This document shows, piece by piece, positions 9,160-19,376 of a stretch of DNA of 64,000 nt. Origin of the DNA: an uncultured Chloroflexia bacterium (GTDB lineage: Bacteria; Chloroflexota; Limnocylindria; QHBO01); contig CAWHAZ010000005.1 of the NCBI GenBank assembly GCA_963827475.1, positions 768,001 to 832,000 on the forward strand. Direction: 5' to 3'. Position numbers and translations under genes: made by a program. Position 1 is the stretch's first letter. Each line of letters begins with the position of its first letter. The notes under the pieces are model-generated. The model searched no databases and was not told where the DNA came from. It saw only the letters and a program-made list of their open reading frames with translations.

Positions 9160-11475
9160 TCAGGGCGAGGCCTGCGGGGCCTCGTACGGCCAGCGCGAGC
9201 GAAGGAAGCTCACCAGCTCCCACCGCTCGGTCTCCAACAGCGTAGAGCCAAAGGCCGGCATCTGCGTCCCGGCTACGCCCGCCCCGATGGTCCACGCCAG
9301 CTCGCCGTCGAGCCGATGGGGGACGGTGTCGGCCAGGTCCCCGGGCGGTCGAGCCAGGTCGCCGACGGCGGGACCATCGCCGGCCCCGGTGGCGCCGTGG
9401 CAGCTGGCGCAGTTGGCGCGGTACAGGTCCTCGCCCGCCGGGACGGACGCCGGATCGTCGGCCAGGGGGTTCGTGGCCGCCAACCACTCCTCGGGCGGTC
9501 GGTTGGCAACCGCGACCACGTCCCGGGCCAGGAGCGAGACGCCGACCACGACCCCGGCGCCGACGATTGCCAACCGGACGACCCGCACCGCCACTTGGCG
9601 TTCGCCGGGCGCCGTTCGCCGCCGTTCCAGGGCCAGGACCGCGGCTGCCAGCCCGAGGAGGACCACCGGGACCACCCACCCGGCAGCGCCCGGCGGCAGG
9701 CCCGCGGTGGGGGCTGCGAACGCGCCGAGCACCTGGCTGCCGGTGGTCGGCGGAGGGAGGGGCAGCGGGCGCACGACCTGGCGCACGTCGAGCGGCACCA
9801 TCATCCGGTCCTCCACCAGCGGCCCGCGGCGGACGAGGATCTCCAGCTCCCAGCTGCCCACCACTGGCGTATACGCGCCGCGGAGGGTCCAGATCCACGG
9901 CTGCCGGGTGGGCACCGCCAGCTGAGGGCTCGGCGGCAGGTCTGAGCCCGGCGGCGGGAAAAAGGTCACGGTGACCTGGCCCACGTCGCTCCGTCCGGCG
10001 CCGGTCTCCGGGTCCGCCACGGCGAACGAGTACGACTGCACGCCGGGCTCGGGCAGATCGACGATCCCGTGCACCGTGGACTCGCCGCCCTCGGCGTACA
10101 GGTGCGCGACCCCGAGGCGCGGATCCACCGTCGCCGGCGGCCGGTCGGCCGCCGGCTGGATGCTCACCATCGTCGTCCCGACCAGGACCGCCACCACAGC
10201 CAGCGCCGCCTCGCCTCCGGTCAGGACCGCAAGCCGGCGTGGGCTCGCCCCGCGGGCCAGGAAGTAGTTCGCGGCACCCAGACCCAGCGCGAGCGACACG
10301 AGCCCGGCCTTGGCCAGCAGCAGGTTCCCGTACCCGGCCGCGGCGAGCTCGCGCGGGTCGTCCACCACCAACGGTGAGTTCGCGAGCCCGGTCAGGACGA
10401 CCAGCGGCGCGGCGACGAGCGCCACCCGGGCGTGGACGGTGAACGCCGACCGCCCGTCGCCGGATCGTCGGGCGAGGAGAACCAGGGCCGGCAGCGCGCC
10501 CAACCAGGCGGCGATGGCAAAGAGGTGCAGGGCGTCGACCGCGGCCCACACCGGCCCGCCGAGGGCCGCGGCATGCCCGGTCAGGCTCAGCCCGAGGAGC
10601 ATCAGGCAGGCCGACAGACCGATCGCCGCCAGCCGCCAGCGGCCGGCCGCCCGTCCGGCGGTGACCGAGAGCACGACGGCGGCGACGGCGCCGAGGAGCG
10701 AGATCCGCAGCGCGATCGCGAAGGGTGTCCAGCCGAACGGGGCCACCGGATCGAGCGGGAGGCCGTCCACGTGCCCGCCGTGGCCGCCGGCGAAGGCCAC
10801 GGTCGCGGATCGGGCCACGTAGGCGAGGAGGCTCACCAGCGCCGCCAGCGCCAGCCCGCCGAACACCCACCTCGGGACCGGGACCCGGTCCTCGGCGCCG
10901 ATCCATCGGCGATGGAACAGCCAGACCGCTGCCGAGCCGGCGAGGAGCAGTCCGGCGAGGGTGGTGACCCAGCGCGCCGCGATGGTGGCCGGGTCCGGTG
11001 GGCTGGTCGGCTCCGTCGGCAGCGGGAGGCTCGGTGGTGGCTCGGTTCCGGTCGGATCCACGACGAACGCGAAGACCTGGTCGGCCGGGTGCCCATCGAC
11101 CGCGGAGACGAGGTGGTACTCGACGGTGTAGGTGTCCGGGTCGAGCTCGGGCAGGTCCGCGCTGACGACCTGACCGGTGGCATCCAGCCGCGGGGCCCCC
11201 ACGCCGACGACCGGGCGCCCGTCCGAATCCACGACGCGAACGTTGAAGCTCTGCGCGTCGACAGCCTCGCTGAAGAACAGGGTGAGCTGCGACGGAGAGG
11301 CGGGAATGACGCTGTTCGGCGCCGGGTTGGCGTCCACCAGCAGCGCGTGGCCAAGGGCTGGCGGGGGGAGCAGCAGGGGGCCGGCCTGGAGCCCGAGCGC
11401 GAGGCCGACGACGAGGCCCAGCTGGCGGGCCCGCCGCCATCGGTCAGTCTTCGGCAAAGAAGGGATCGTCGCCAT
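9160..11475 (-). CDS. CopC-CopD fusion with periplasmic Ig/YtkA-like domain and C-terminal cytochrome c
   Basis: HALLVDANP..FSE..VSAVDGH (CopC); TGHAA..DALH..WLG, YG.LLLAK (CopD); CASCH heme motif with distal Met (QMPAF). Confidence 0.88.
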   Translation of the reverse strand: MATIPSLPKTDRWRRARQLGLVVGLALGLQAGPLLLPPPALGHALLVDANPAPNSVIPASPSQLTLFFSEAVDAQSFNVRVVDSDGRPVVGVGAPRLDATGQVVSADLPELDPDTYTVEYHLVSAVDGHPADQVFAFVVDPTGTEPPPSLPLPTEPTSPPDPATIAARWVTTLAGLLLAGSAAVWLFHRRWIGAEDRVPVPRWVFGGLALAALVSLLAYVARSATVAFAGGHGGHVDGLPLDPVAPFGWTPFAIALRISLLGAVAAVVLSVTAGRAAGRWRLAAIGLSACLMLLGLSLTGHAAALGGPVWAAVDALHLFAIAAWLGALPALVLLARRSGDGRSAFTVHARVALVAAPLVVLTGLANSPLVVDDPRELAAAGYGNLLLAKAGLVSLALGLGAANYFLARGASPRRLAVLTGGEAALAVVAVLVGTTMVSIQPAADRPPATVDPRLGVAHLYAEGGESTVHGIVDLPEPGVQSYSFAVADPETGAGRSDVGQVTVTFFPPPGSDLPPSPQLAVPTRQPWIWTLRGAYTPVVGSWELEILVRRGPLVEDRMMVPLDVRQVVRPLPLPPPTTGSQVLGAFAAPTAGLPPGAAGWVVPVVLLGLAAAVLALERRRTAPGERQVAVRVVRLAIVGAGVVVGVSLLARDVVAVANRPPEEWLAATNPLADDPASVPAGEDLYRANCASCHGATGAGDGPAVGDLARPPGDLADTVPHRLDGELAWTIGAGVAGTQMPAFGSTLLETERWELVSFLRSRWPYEAPQASP

Positions 11476-11980
11476 AGACGTCCAGCCAGGAGCGGCGCAT
11501 CTGGCGGATGGTGGCGACCAGCACGGCCTCCGGCGTGCCGGCCGGCAGGAGGGACGCGACTCCGGCCCGCACGCGTTCGCTGCTTTCGGTTCCGAGCAGG
11601 CCGAGGTAGTCGGCCACCCGTTGGGCAGGCGTCCGGCCCTCGCCCCGCATGCGGACCATCACCACGGCCTCGTGGACAAGGGCGCCCTCGTAGTCGCTCT
11701 CCGGCCGCTCGAGCTCGGCCAAGAGGGCCGGCACCGCGTCGATCCTTGGATCGGAGTACGCCCAGCGCACGAAGGAGTCGAGCGACCCCGCCTCGCGTTC
11801 CGCATGCCCGTGATGGAAGCCCTGCAGGTAGCGCTCACGCTCGGCGTCGGTCCGGGTCAGGGCGATCTGCGCGATCTGCCGCATCTCCGGCGTCCAGCGC
11901 CGGAGCGACTCCACGAACTGCCGGAGCGTGAGGGACCCGGCCGGCTGGTGCCGGAAGCGGTGTTCATGGGCCTGCTCCAC
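11444..11980 (-). CDS. Hypothetical His-rich soluble protein at the head of the copper operon
   Basis: ORF overlaps the CopCD start; TAGTAT 8 nt upstream of the GTG at 11980. Confidence 0.6.
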   Translation of the reverse strand: MEQAHEHRFRHQPAGSLTLRQFVESLRRWTPEMRQIAQIALTRTDAERERYLQGFHHGHAEREAGSLDSFVRWAYSDPRIDAVPALLAELERPESDYEGALVHEAVVMVRMRGEGRTPAQRVADYLGLLGTESSERVRAGVASLLPAGTPEAVLVATIRQMRRSWLDVYGDDPFFAED

Positions 11981-12055
11981 GGGCACCTATACTACCGGCC
12001 GTGCGCCGCCGATCGACGACGCCGGCCTGGTCCCGGAGCCGCCCTTGACCCTGGC

Positions 12056-13615
12056 ATGCGCCGCCTGAGCGCGGCGGCCGCGCTGCTCCTGGCGGCCCTC
12101 ACCCTCATCCTCGTCACCGTTCCCGCCGTCCAGCCCGCGGCCGCCGGCGATCGTCCCCTGCGCTACCTGGCCGGTCCGGCCGGGACGCTGGACCCCGCGT
12201 TCATCTCGAGCGCCAGCGATGTGCAGCTGCTCCTCCAGCTGTACGCCGGCCTGACCAGGATCGCGGAAGACGGGTCGGTCTATGCCTCCCTGGCGGAGGA
12301 CTGGGCGGTGAGCGACGAGGGCCGGACCTACACCTTCCGCCTCCGGGACAGCCTCGCGTTCAGCGACGGCTCGCCGCTCACCGCGGAAGACGTTCGCCGC
12401 TCGTGGCTCCGCGTGCTGGATCCGGCTACCGGGGCGCTGGCCCCCGACGTCCTCACCGTCATCGAGGGCGCGGGCGCCTGGCGATCAGGAGCCGGATCGG
12501 CGGAGGACGTGGGGATCGAGGCACCGGACGAGCGGACCCTCGTCGTCCGTCTCGAGCATGCCGCCAGCCACTTCCCGGCGCTCGCCGCCACGCCCACGGC
12601 CTTCGTCGTGCCGTCGGCGGCGGACGCGTCGTCCGACTGGCAGACGGTGGACGGCTTCGTCGGCTCCGGCCCGTACGCCGTGGAGCGGCTCGACGGGCTG
12701 GACCTCGTCCTCGCGGCCAATCCGGAATACGTGGCCGGTCCGCCGCCGATCGACGAGATCGTGTGGGTGTCCGAGGTCGAAACCAGCGCCCCCGAGGCGT
12801 TCGTCGCCGAGCAGGTGGACCTCGTCAACGTCTTCTCGGGCGATGCGTCGTGGATCCGCTACGACCGCGCGCTCGGACCGTTCCTCCACGAGGCCGCATC
12901 CCTGAGCGTGCAGTACTTCGGATTCGACACGACCCGGCCGCCCTTCGACGATCCGCGGGTGCGGCGGGCGTTCGCCCTCGCCCTCGACCGACCTCGCCTG
13001 GTCGAGCTGTCATCCGGCGCGGCCGCCACCGCGGCCACCAGCCTCGTTCCGCCGGCCCTGTGGCCCGACGGGGCGCCGACCGACGAGGATGCGGATCCGG
13101 ATGCGGCCCGCGACCTGCTGGTCGAGGCCGGGTACGCCTCCGGCGCGGAGCTGGGGACGATCACGGTCAATGCCAACGGCCTGGACGTCGGGCCGGCGGC
13201 CGAGGTGTGGCGCGAGGAGCTCGGGGTCGACATCGCCATCGAGTCCATGGAGTTCGGGGACTATCTCAGCCTCCTGCCACAGCGTCCGCCACCGATCTTC
13301 ACGATCAACTGGATCACGGACTACCCGTCGCCGTACGCGCTGTACGGCCTCCTCCTGCTCCCGGACGCGGCATCGAACTACGGGCACTGGACCGATGACG
13401 AGTTCGTCGAGCTGATGGAAACGGCCGCGCGGACGACGGACCCGGCGGAGCAGCGCGAGGCGTATCTCGCGGTCGAGGACCGGGTCGACGCCGAGGCGCC
13501 GGTGATCACCTGGTCGTGGGACGCATCGCACTGGCTCGTCCGCGACGGGCTGAACGGGGTCGGCACCCTCACCGTCGGGCTGCTCGACTTCGGGAGGGTG
13601 TCGTGGGCCGACTGA
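12056..13615 (+). CDS. Peptide ABC transporter substrate-binding protein (SBP family 5, OppA-like)
   Basis: Signal peptide, TLDPA, LAEDW.VS..G.TYTF.LR..FSDGSPLTAEDV, GSGPY, PPFDDPRVRRAF. Confidence 0.93.
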   Translation: MRRLSAAAALLLAALTLILVTVPAVQPAAAGDRPLRYLAGPAGTLDPAFISSASDVQLLLQLYAGLTRIAEDGSVYASLAEDWAVSDEGRTYTFRLRDSLAFSDGSPLTAEDVRRSWLRVLDPATGALAPDVLTVIEGAGAWRSGAGSAEDVGIEAPDERTLVVRLEHAASHFPALAATPTAFVVPSAADASSDWQTVDGFVGSGPYAVERLDGLDLVLAANPEYVAGPPPIDEIVWVSEVETSAPEAFVAEQVDLVNVFSGDASWIRYDRALGPFLHEAASLSVQYFGFDTTRPPFDDPRVRRAFALALDRPRLVELSSGAAATAATSLVPPALWPDGAPTDEDADPDAARDLLVEAGYASGAELGTITVNANGLDVGPAAEVWREELGVDIAIESMEFGDYLSLLPQRPPPIFTINWITDYPSPYALYGLLLLPDAASNYGHWTDDEFVELMETAARTTDPAEQREAYLAVEDRVDAEAPVITWSWDASHWLVRDGLNGVGTLTVGLLDFGRVSWAD

Positions 13616-14938
13616 GGACGCCGTCCGCGGCCATCCTGCTGGCCGCCGCACTCGCTGGCGGCCAGCCTCGGCTCGGCTCGGCTTGGCGGGGCCGGCCCAT
13701 GCCGGAGGCGGCTTCGCCGCGCTCGAGGCGGACGCCACGTTCGGCGTCGAGATGACCTTCAGCGCGACCTGGGACGGCGGCGAACCGGACTACGTGGAGC
13801 TGCTCCTCGGTTTCGGCGGCGAGGATCGGCTGGTCGTCCCCGTCGAGCTGGACGACGGGCGGCTCGAGCACCAGCGCGACATGACCGATGACTTACGTCC
13901 CGCCGAACACCACGGTCGCGTACCGATGGCGCGCCGTGACCGGCACGCAGGTCACCCTCAGCCCGGAGCAGGAACTGCTGTACGACGATGACCGGCCGCA
14001 GTTCGACTGGGACCAGGCCCGGGTCGGGTCGGCCACCGTCCACTGGTACGCGGAGAACGAGGAGATCGCCCGCCGATTCGGGGACCTGGCCGGTGGTGCG
14101 GCCGATGCGGCGGCCGACCTGCTCGGCCGGCCCCTTGCCGACCCGATCGAGATCTTCGTCTACGAGGGCCGTGAGGACTTCCTCGGCGCGGTCGGCCCCG
14201 GCGCCCGGGAGTGGGTCGGCGCCGCGACGTACCCGAACATTCGCTCGGTCTACATGTGGCTCGAAGCGGGATCCACCGCCTTCCTCGAGACGACCATCAC
14301 CCACGAGGTCACCCACGTCGTGTTCCACGACGCCAGCGACAACCCGTTCCACGAGCCCCCGAGCTGGATGAACGAGGGCACCGCCACCTGGGCCGAGGTG
14401 GGGAACGCCGAGACGGAGGAGGACATCGTCCGCTCCGAGGCCGGCAGCGCGGACGGCCTGATGGCCTTCGAGGCACTCACCGACCAGTTCCCGATCGACA
14501 CCCGTGGCGCCACCCTGGCCTACGCCCAGGGGGCGACCATGGTCGACCACCTCCTGGCCGAGTACGGGAGCGACGCCCTGGCCGCGATCATGGACGCGTA
14601 CCGATCGGGAGCGACCGATGACGAGGCGATCGCCGCCGGCACCGGGAGCACCTTCGACCAGATCCGGGCCGACTACTTCGCCTCGTTCGGGGTCAGCGAG
14701 CCGGAGCCGGTGGAGGCGCAGCCGCTCGGCATCTCGGACGTGCCGCTCCCGCCCCAGCCGGGCGGGGTGCCGGGCGCGTCCGACGCGACCGGATCCGCAG
14801 CCCGGACCGACCGACGGTTCGCAGGACGTGGTGTGGTGGATCATCATCGGCTTCGTGGTTGTCGGGGCACTGTTCTTCGGCGTGGTGATCTGGCGTGCCC
14901 GCCGCGCGACACCGCCGGCCGGGGGTGATACGCCGTGA
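13603..14938 (+). CDS. Peptidase MA-like zinc metallopeptidase with C-terminal TM anchor (several frameshifts)
   Basis: HEVTH...PSWMNEGTA gluzincin motif; signal region and TM tail lie in adjacent frames. Confidence 0.8.
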
Positions 14939-15696
14939 CGGCAGACCCGTCGCCCCGAGGGCGAATCCGGATCCGGTCCGGCTGGATCCTGAGCATGGCG
15001 CTCGCGCTCGGGGCGCTCGGCTTCGTGGCCGCCGCCCAGTGGAACAGCGAGGTCCAGCGGACCTCGTACACGACCAACGCGCAGCGGACCCTTGCCGAGC
15101 AGGCGATCGACCTGGAGGAGGAACAGGAGCTGCTCCAGGCCCAGCTGGCCGGGGTCGAAGCCGAGCTGGCCGACATCCTGGCCGCGAGCGAGGGGTCGCA
15201 GACGGCACTCGCCGAGGTCAACGAACAGCTGGCCGAGACCCGCCTGGCGGTGGGCCTGACCGAGGTCACCGGCCCCGGCGTGGTCATCGAGATCGCGGAC
15301 TCCCGGCGCGTGCTGCCGGTGGGGGAGAACCCCGCCAACTACATCGTCCTGGCCGACGACCTGCGCGACCTGGTCGCCGCGCTGTGGAGCGCCGGGGCGG
15401 AGGCGATCGCGATCAACGGCGAGCGCCTGGTGGCGACCACCTCGATCTACGGGGTCGGTTCGTCCGTACTGGTGAACACCGCGTTCCTCTCTCCGCCGTT
15501 CCGGCTGGAGGCGATCGGCCCCGGCGAGCTCGAGGAGCGATTCCGGGTGGAGCCCGCCTACCTGGGACGGGTCGCGCAGCGGATCGACGCCTTCGACCTG
15601 GAGTTCGCCATGGTGTCGAGCACCGAGCTCCGCCTGGCGCCGTTCATCGGTTCAACCGGCCTGCGCTGGGCGGTCCCGGTGGAGGAGGGCGGATGA
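14935..15696 (+). CDS. DUF881 domain protein
   Basis: N-terminal TM, coiled coil, GLTEVTGPGV, DLRDLV..L..AGAEAIAINGER. Confidence 0.9.
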   Translation: MTADPSPRGRIRIRSGWILSMALALGALGFVAAAQWNSEVQRTSYTTNAQRTLAEQAIDLEEEQELLQAQLAGVEAELADILAASEGSQTALAEVNEQLAETRLAVGLTEVTGPGVVIEIADSRRVLPVGENPANYIVLADDLRDLVAALWSAGAEAIAINGERLVATTSIYGVGSSVLVNTAFLSPPFRLEAIGPGELEERFRVEPAYLGRVAQRIDAFDLEFAMVSSTELRLAPFIGSTGLRWAVPVEEGG

Positions 15697-16367
15697 TGGG
15701 CACGCCAATCGCCCGCTGGAGCCTGGCCGTGATCGCGTTCCTCATCGGGTTCGTACTGGTCGCGCAGTTCCGCTCGCAGACCCGGCCGACCGAGCTGACC
15801 AGCCTGCCGGTGGCCGAGCTGTCAACCCGGATCCAGACCCTGTCCGACGCGAACGCCCAGCTGCGGACCGCCCTGGCCGAGCAGCGCGGCCTGCTGGCGG
15901 AGTACCAGGCCGCGGGCGCCCAGGGCTCGAGCGCGCTGGACGTCAGCCGGGAGGAGCTGCGCCGCATCCGCGCCTACTCCGGGCTGGCCCCGATCGAGGG
16001 GCAGGGGATCATCGTCCGCGTCAACGGCGACCTGGACGCGATCGCCCTGAACGACCTCGTCAACGAGCTGCGCAACGCCGGCGCGGAGGCGCTGGCCGTG
16101 GACGAGACCCGGCTCACCGCCCGCTCGGTGGTGACCGAGGGATCCCGGGCGCTGGAGATCGACGGCGTGCCCATCGAGCGGACGTTCACCCTGCTCGCCG
16201 TCGGTGATCCGGACGGGCTGGTGGCCGCGCTCCAGCGGCCCGGCGGGATCGTGGCCCAGCTCGAGCAGTTCGTGAGCGCAACGGTCACCATCAGCCAGAC
16301 CGATACCCTGCGCCTGCCCGCCACGGTCATGGATCTCGCCCCACAGGCCGCCACCCCGGTGGAATGA
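15693..16367 (+). CDS. DUF881 domain protein
   Basis: TM, coiled coil, G..PIEGQGI, VNELRNAGAEALAV. Confidence 0.9.
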   Translation: MMGTPIARWSLAVIAFLIGFVLVAQFRSQTRPTELTSLPVAELSTRIQTLSDANAQLRTALAEQRGLLAEYQAAGAQGSSALDVSREELRRIRAYSGLAPIEGQGIIVRVNGDLDAIALNDLVNELRNAGAEALAVDETRLTARSVVTEGSRALEIDGVPIERTFTLLAVGDPDGLVAALQRPGGIVAQLEQFVSATVTISQTDTLRLPATVMDLAPQAATPVE

Positions 16368-16377
16368 TCGGAGACCG

Positions 16378-17829
16378 ATGATGGATGACCTGATCGACCG
16401 CGCGATCGACACGGCCACCGGCTCGGGTGCGTCCTACGCCGATGTGCGGGTGGTGGAGCACCAGACCGAGTCGCTCACCGTGAAGAACGGCTCCCTGGCA
16501 GCGGCTTCCAGCGCGCGGTCGGCCGGCTTCGGCGTGCGCGCCCTGGTCGACGGGGCGTGGGGGTTCGCCTCGAGCCAGGACCTGGAGCTCGCGGAGGCGG
16601 AGGCGGTCGCCCGCCGGGCCGTGGCCATCGCTCGCGCCAGCCAGCTGGCCGGCGGGCCACCGGTGCAGCTCGACGACACGGCGCCGCAGACCGGGGAGTG
16701 GGCCACGCCCTTCCTCGAGGACCCGTTCACCGTCCCACTGGACGAGAAGCTCCGGATCCTGTTCGAGGCCGACGCGGCGATGGCGCGGGCGACGGGGATC
16801 TCGCTGCGCGAGACGACCATGGAAGCCGCCCGCGACCGAAAGCGCTTCGGGTCGAGCGAAGGGACGCGGGTGGACCAGGACCTCGTGTCGTGCGGAGCCG
16901 GCATGTCGGCGACGGCCGTGAACGACAACGAGAGCCAGGAGCGCAGCTATCCCAAGTCCCTCGGTGGGCAGGTCGAGGGCGCCGGCTTCGAGGCCATCCG
17001 CGCGATGGACCTCCCGAATCACGGCCAGCGGATCGCCGAGGAGGCCGTGGCCCTGCTCGACGCCCCGCAATGCCCGTCGGGGGAGATGGACGTCATCCTC
17101 GAGGCATCACAGGTCGCGATCCAGGTCCACGAGTCGTGCGGCCACCCGACCGAGCTGGACCGGGTGCTGGGCATGGAAGCCTCGTTCGCCGGCACCAGCT
17201 TCCTCACCACCGACCGCCTCGACAACTTCCGGTACGGGTCGCCGATCGTGAACATCGACGCCGATGCCACCGCTCCCGGCGGCCTGGGCACCTTCGGCTG
17301 GGACGACGAGGGGGTGCCGGCCCAGAACGTGCCGCTCGTGAGCGCCGGCCAATTCGTCGGCTACCTCACCTCGCGGGAGACGGCTCCGGTCATCGGCCGG
17401 CGCTCGATGGGCAGCAGCCGGTCGGCGAGCTGGCGCAACCTCCCGCTCATCCGGATGACGAACGTGAGCCTCCGCCCCGGGGATGCGGGCACCCTCGACG
17501 ACCTGATCGCGGACACCGATGACGGCCTCCTGCTCGGCACGAACCGCTCGTGGTCGATCGACGAGCGCCGCCTGAACTTCCAGTTCGGGACCCAGATCGG
17601 CTGGCTCATCAAGCGCGGCAAGCTGGCAGGCATGGTCCGCAACCCGACCTACACCGGCATCACGCCGCGCTTCTGGGGCTCGTGCGACGCGATCTGCGGA
17701 CCGAGCGAGTGGCAGCAGTGGGGTGAGCCGTACTGCGGCAAGGGCGAGCCGATGCAGACGGCCGCGGTCGGGCACGGCGCGGCACCCGCGCGCTTCCGCG
17801 GGGTCCAGGTCGGAGTAGGCCGATGGTAG
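16378..17829 (+). CDS. tldD: TldD-family metalloprotease
   Basis: HESCGHPTELDR, WDDEG, RMTN motifs. Confidence 0.92.
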   Translation: MMDDLIDRAIDTATGSGASYADVRVVEHQTESLTVKNGSLAAASSARSAGFGVRALVDGAWGFASSQDLELAEAEAVARRAVAIARASQLAGGPPVQLDDTAPQTGEWATPFLEDPFTVPLDEKLRILFEADAAMARATGISLRETTMEAARDRKRFGSSEGTRVDQDLVSCGAGMSATAVNDNESQERSYPKSLGGQVEGAGFEAIRAMDLPNHGQRIAEEAVALLDAPQCPSGEMDVILEASQVAIQVHESCGHPTELDRVLGMEASFAGTSFLTTDRLDNFRYGSPIVNIDADATAPGGLGTFGWDDEGVPAQNVPLVSAGQFVGYLTSRETAPVIGRRSMGSSRSASWRNLPLIRMTNVSLRPGDAGTLDDLIADTDDGLLLGTNRSWSIDERRLNFQFGTQIGWLIKRGKLAGMVRNPTYTGITPRFWGSCDAICGPSEWQQWGEPYCGKGEPMQTAAVGHGAAPARFRGVQVGVGRW

Positions 17830-19167
17830 GTCGCGAGGTGGCGGCCGCCGCCCTGGCCCGGATCGACGCGGGCATGGAGGGCGAGGCGACGGTCACCGAG
17901 CGCGACCTGGCCCTGACCCGCTTCGCGGGCTCGCGGATCCACCAGAACCTCGCCGAGCGTGACGTGACCCTGCGGGTTCGCGTCCGCCGCGACGCGCGGA
18001 CCGGCGTGGCCTCCACCAACCGCCTCGACCCGGACGGCATCGCGGAGGCCGTCTCGCGGGCGACCGCCATCGCCGCCCTCGCCGCGCCCGAGCCCGATCC
18101 GCCGCCCCTGGCCGCCGGCGCGGGCACCGACTCGGAGCTGGGGTGGGTCGAAGCCACGGCCGGCGCCGACCCGAGCGATCGGGCGGCGGCGGCCCGTGTC
18201 GTCATCGCCGCCGGCGTCGCCCGCGGACTGACCGTGAGCGGCGCCTACTCGATGGAAGCTCAGCGGCTGACGGTGGCCAACACCACCGGCCTCGCCGCAT
18301 CGCACCGGGCGACGCAGGCCAAGCTGGTGACGGTGATGCTCGCGCCCGCCGGCGAGACCGGATACGCCCAGGCGATCAGCACCGACCATCGGACTATCGA
18401 TCCAGAGGCGGTGGGGGAGGAGGCCGCCGATCGGACGGCGCGGGCCGCGTCGCCCGGCGACCTGGGCCCGGGCGAGTACCCGGTCGTGCTCGGCGAGTAC
18501 GCCGTGGCCGAGGTCCTCGAGTACCTCGCATTCATGGCCTTCTCCGGCCTGGCCATCGAGGAGGGCCGCGCCTGCGTCGAGTTGGGCAAGCAGGCATTCG
18601 GCTCCAATGTGACGATCTGGGACGACGGCGGCGATGCCACCGGCATCCCCGCGACCATCGACTTCGAGGGCGTGGCCAAGCGTCGGGTCGGCGCTGGTGG
18701 ACGACGGCGTGGCGCGCGAAACGGTCCACGACACGGGGACCGCGCACCGGGCCGGAGTGGCCCCCACCGGGCACGGGCTGCCGGCCCCGAACACCTTCGG
18801 CCCGCTGTGCTGGAACCTGTTCATGGCGCCCGGTGCCGCGGCCCGCGCCTCCCTCGTCGAGGGCATCGAGCGCGGCCTGCTCATCACCCGATTCCACTAC
18901 GTGAACATCGTCCACCCCAAGAAGGGGATCCTCACCGGCATGACGCGGGACGGGACGTTCCTCATCGAGGACGGCGTGGTCGGCCGGCCGGTCCGCAACC
19001 TCCGCTTCACGCAGTCGATTCCCGACGCCTTCTCGCGGATCTCCGCCATGGCCGACGACACGCGCCTGGTCGGGGCGGAGTACACCGGCATCGTCAGCCG
19101 CGTGCCCGCGGTGCGCATCGACGGCTGGAACTTCACCGGCGTCACCGCCAACGAGGCCACCGTCTGA
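17823..19167 (+). CDS. tldE: TldE/PmbA-family protein (frameshift near 18690)
   Basis: [40 protein letters not shown]; lacks HExxH. Confidence 0.85.
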
Positions 19168-19376
19168 TGGGCGTCCCGGTGGACCTGCGCCTCGGCGACC
19201 GGATCACCCTGCGCAAGCCGCACCCGTGTGGCGGCCACGAGTGGTCGGTCGTGCGCCTCGGCGCCGACATCGGTCTGGTCTGCGCCCGCTGCGAACATCG
19301 GATCCTGCTCGACCGGCTGGAGGTCGAGCGCCGCTACACCGGTCACCTCGAGCACGGGCCGGAGTCGGCGGCATGA
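19167..19376 (+). CDS. DUF951 family protein
   Basis: [21 protein letters not shown]. Confidence 0.9.
   Translation: MGVPVDLRLGDRITLRKPHPCGGHEWSVVRLGADIGLVCARCEHRILLDRLEVERRYTGHLEHGPESAA

Noticed and set aside
17823-19376. Apparent TldE-DUF951 fusion, or programmed frameshifting
   Set aside because: A single indel near 18690 explains it; DUF951 has its own TGATG-coupled start, and no slippery motif recurs at the frameshift sites.
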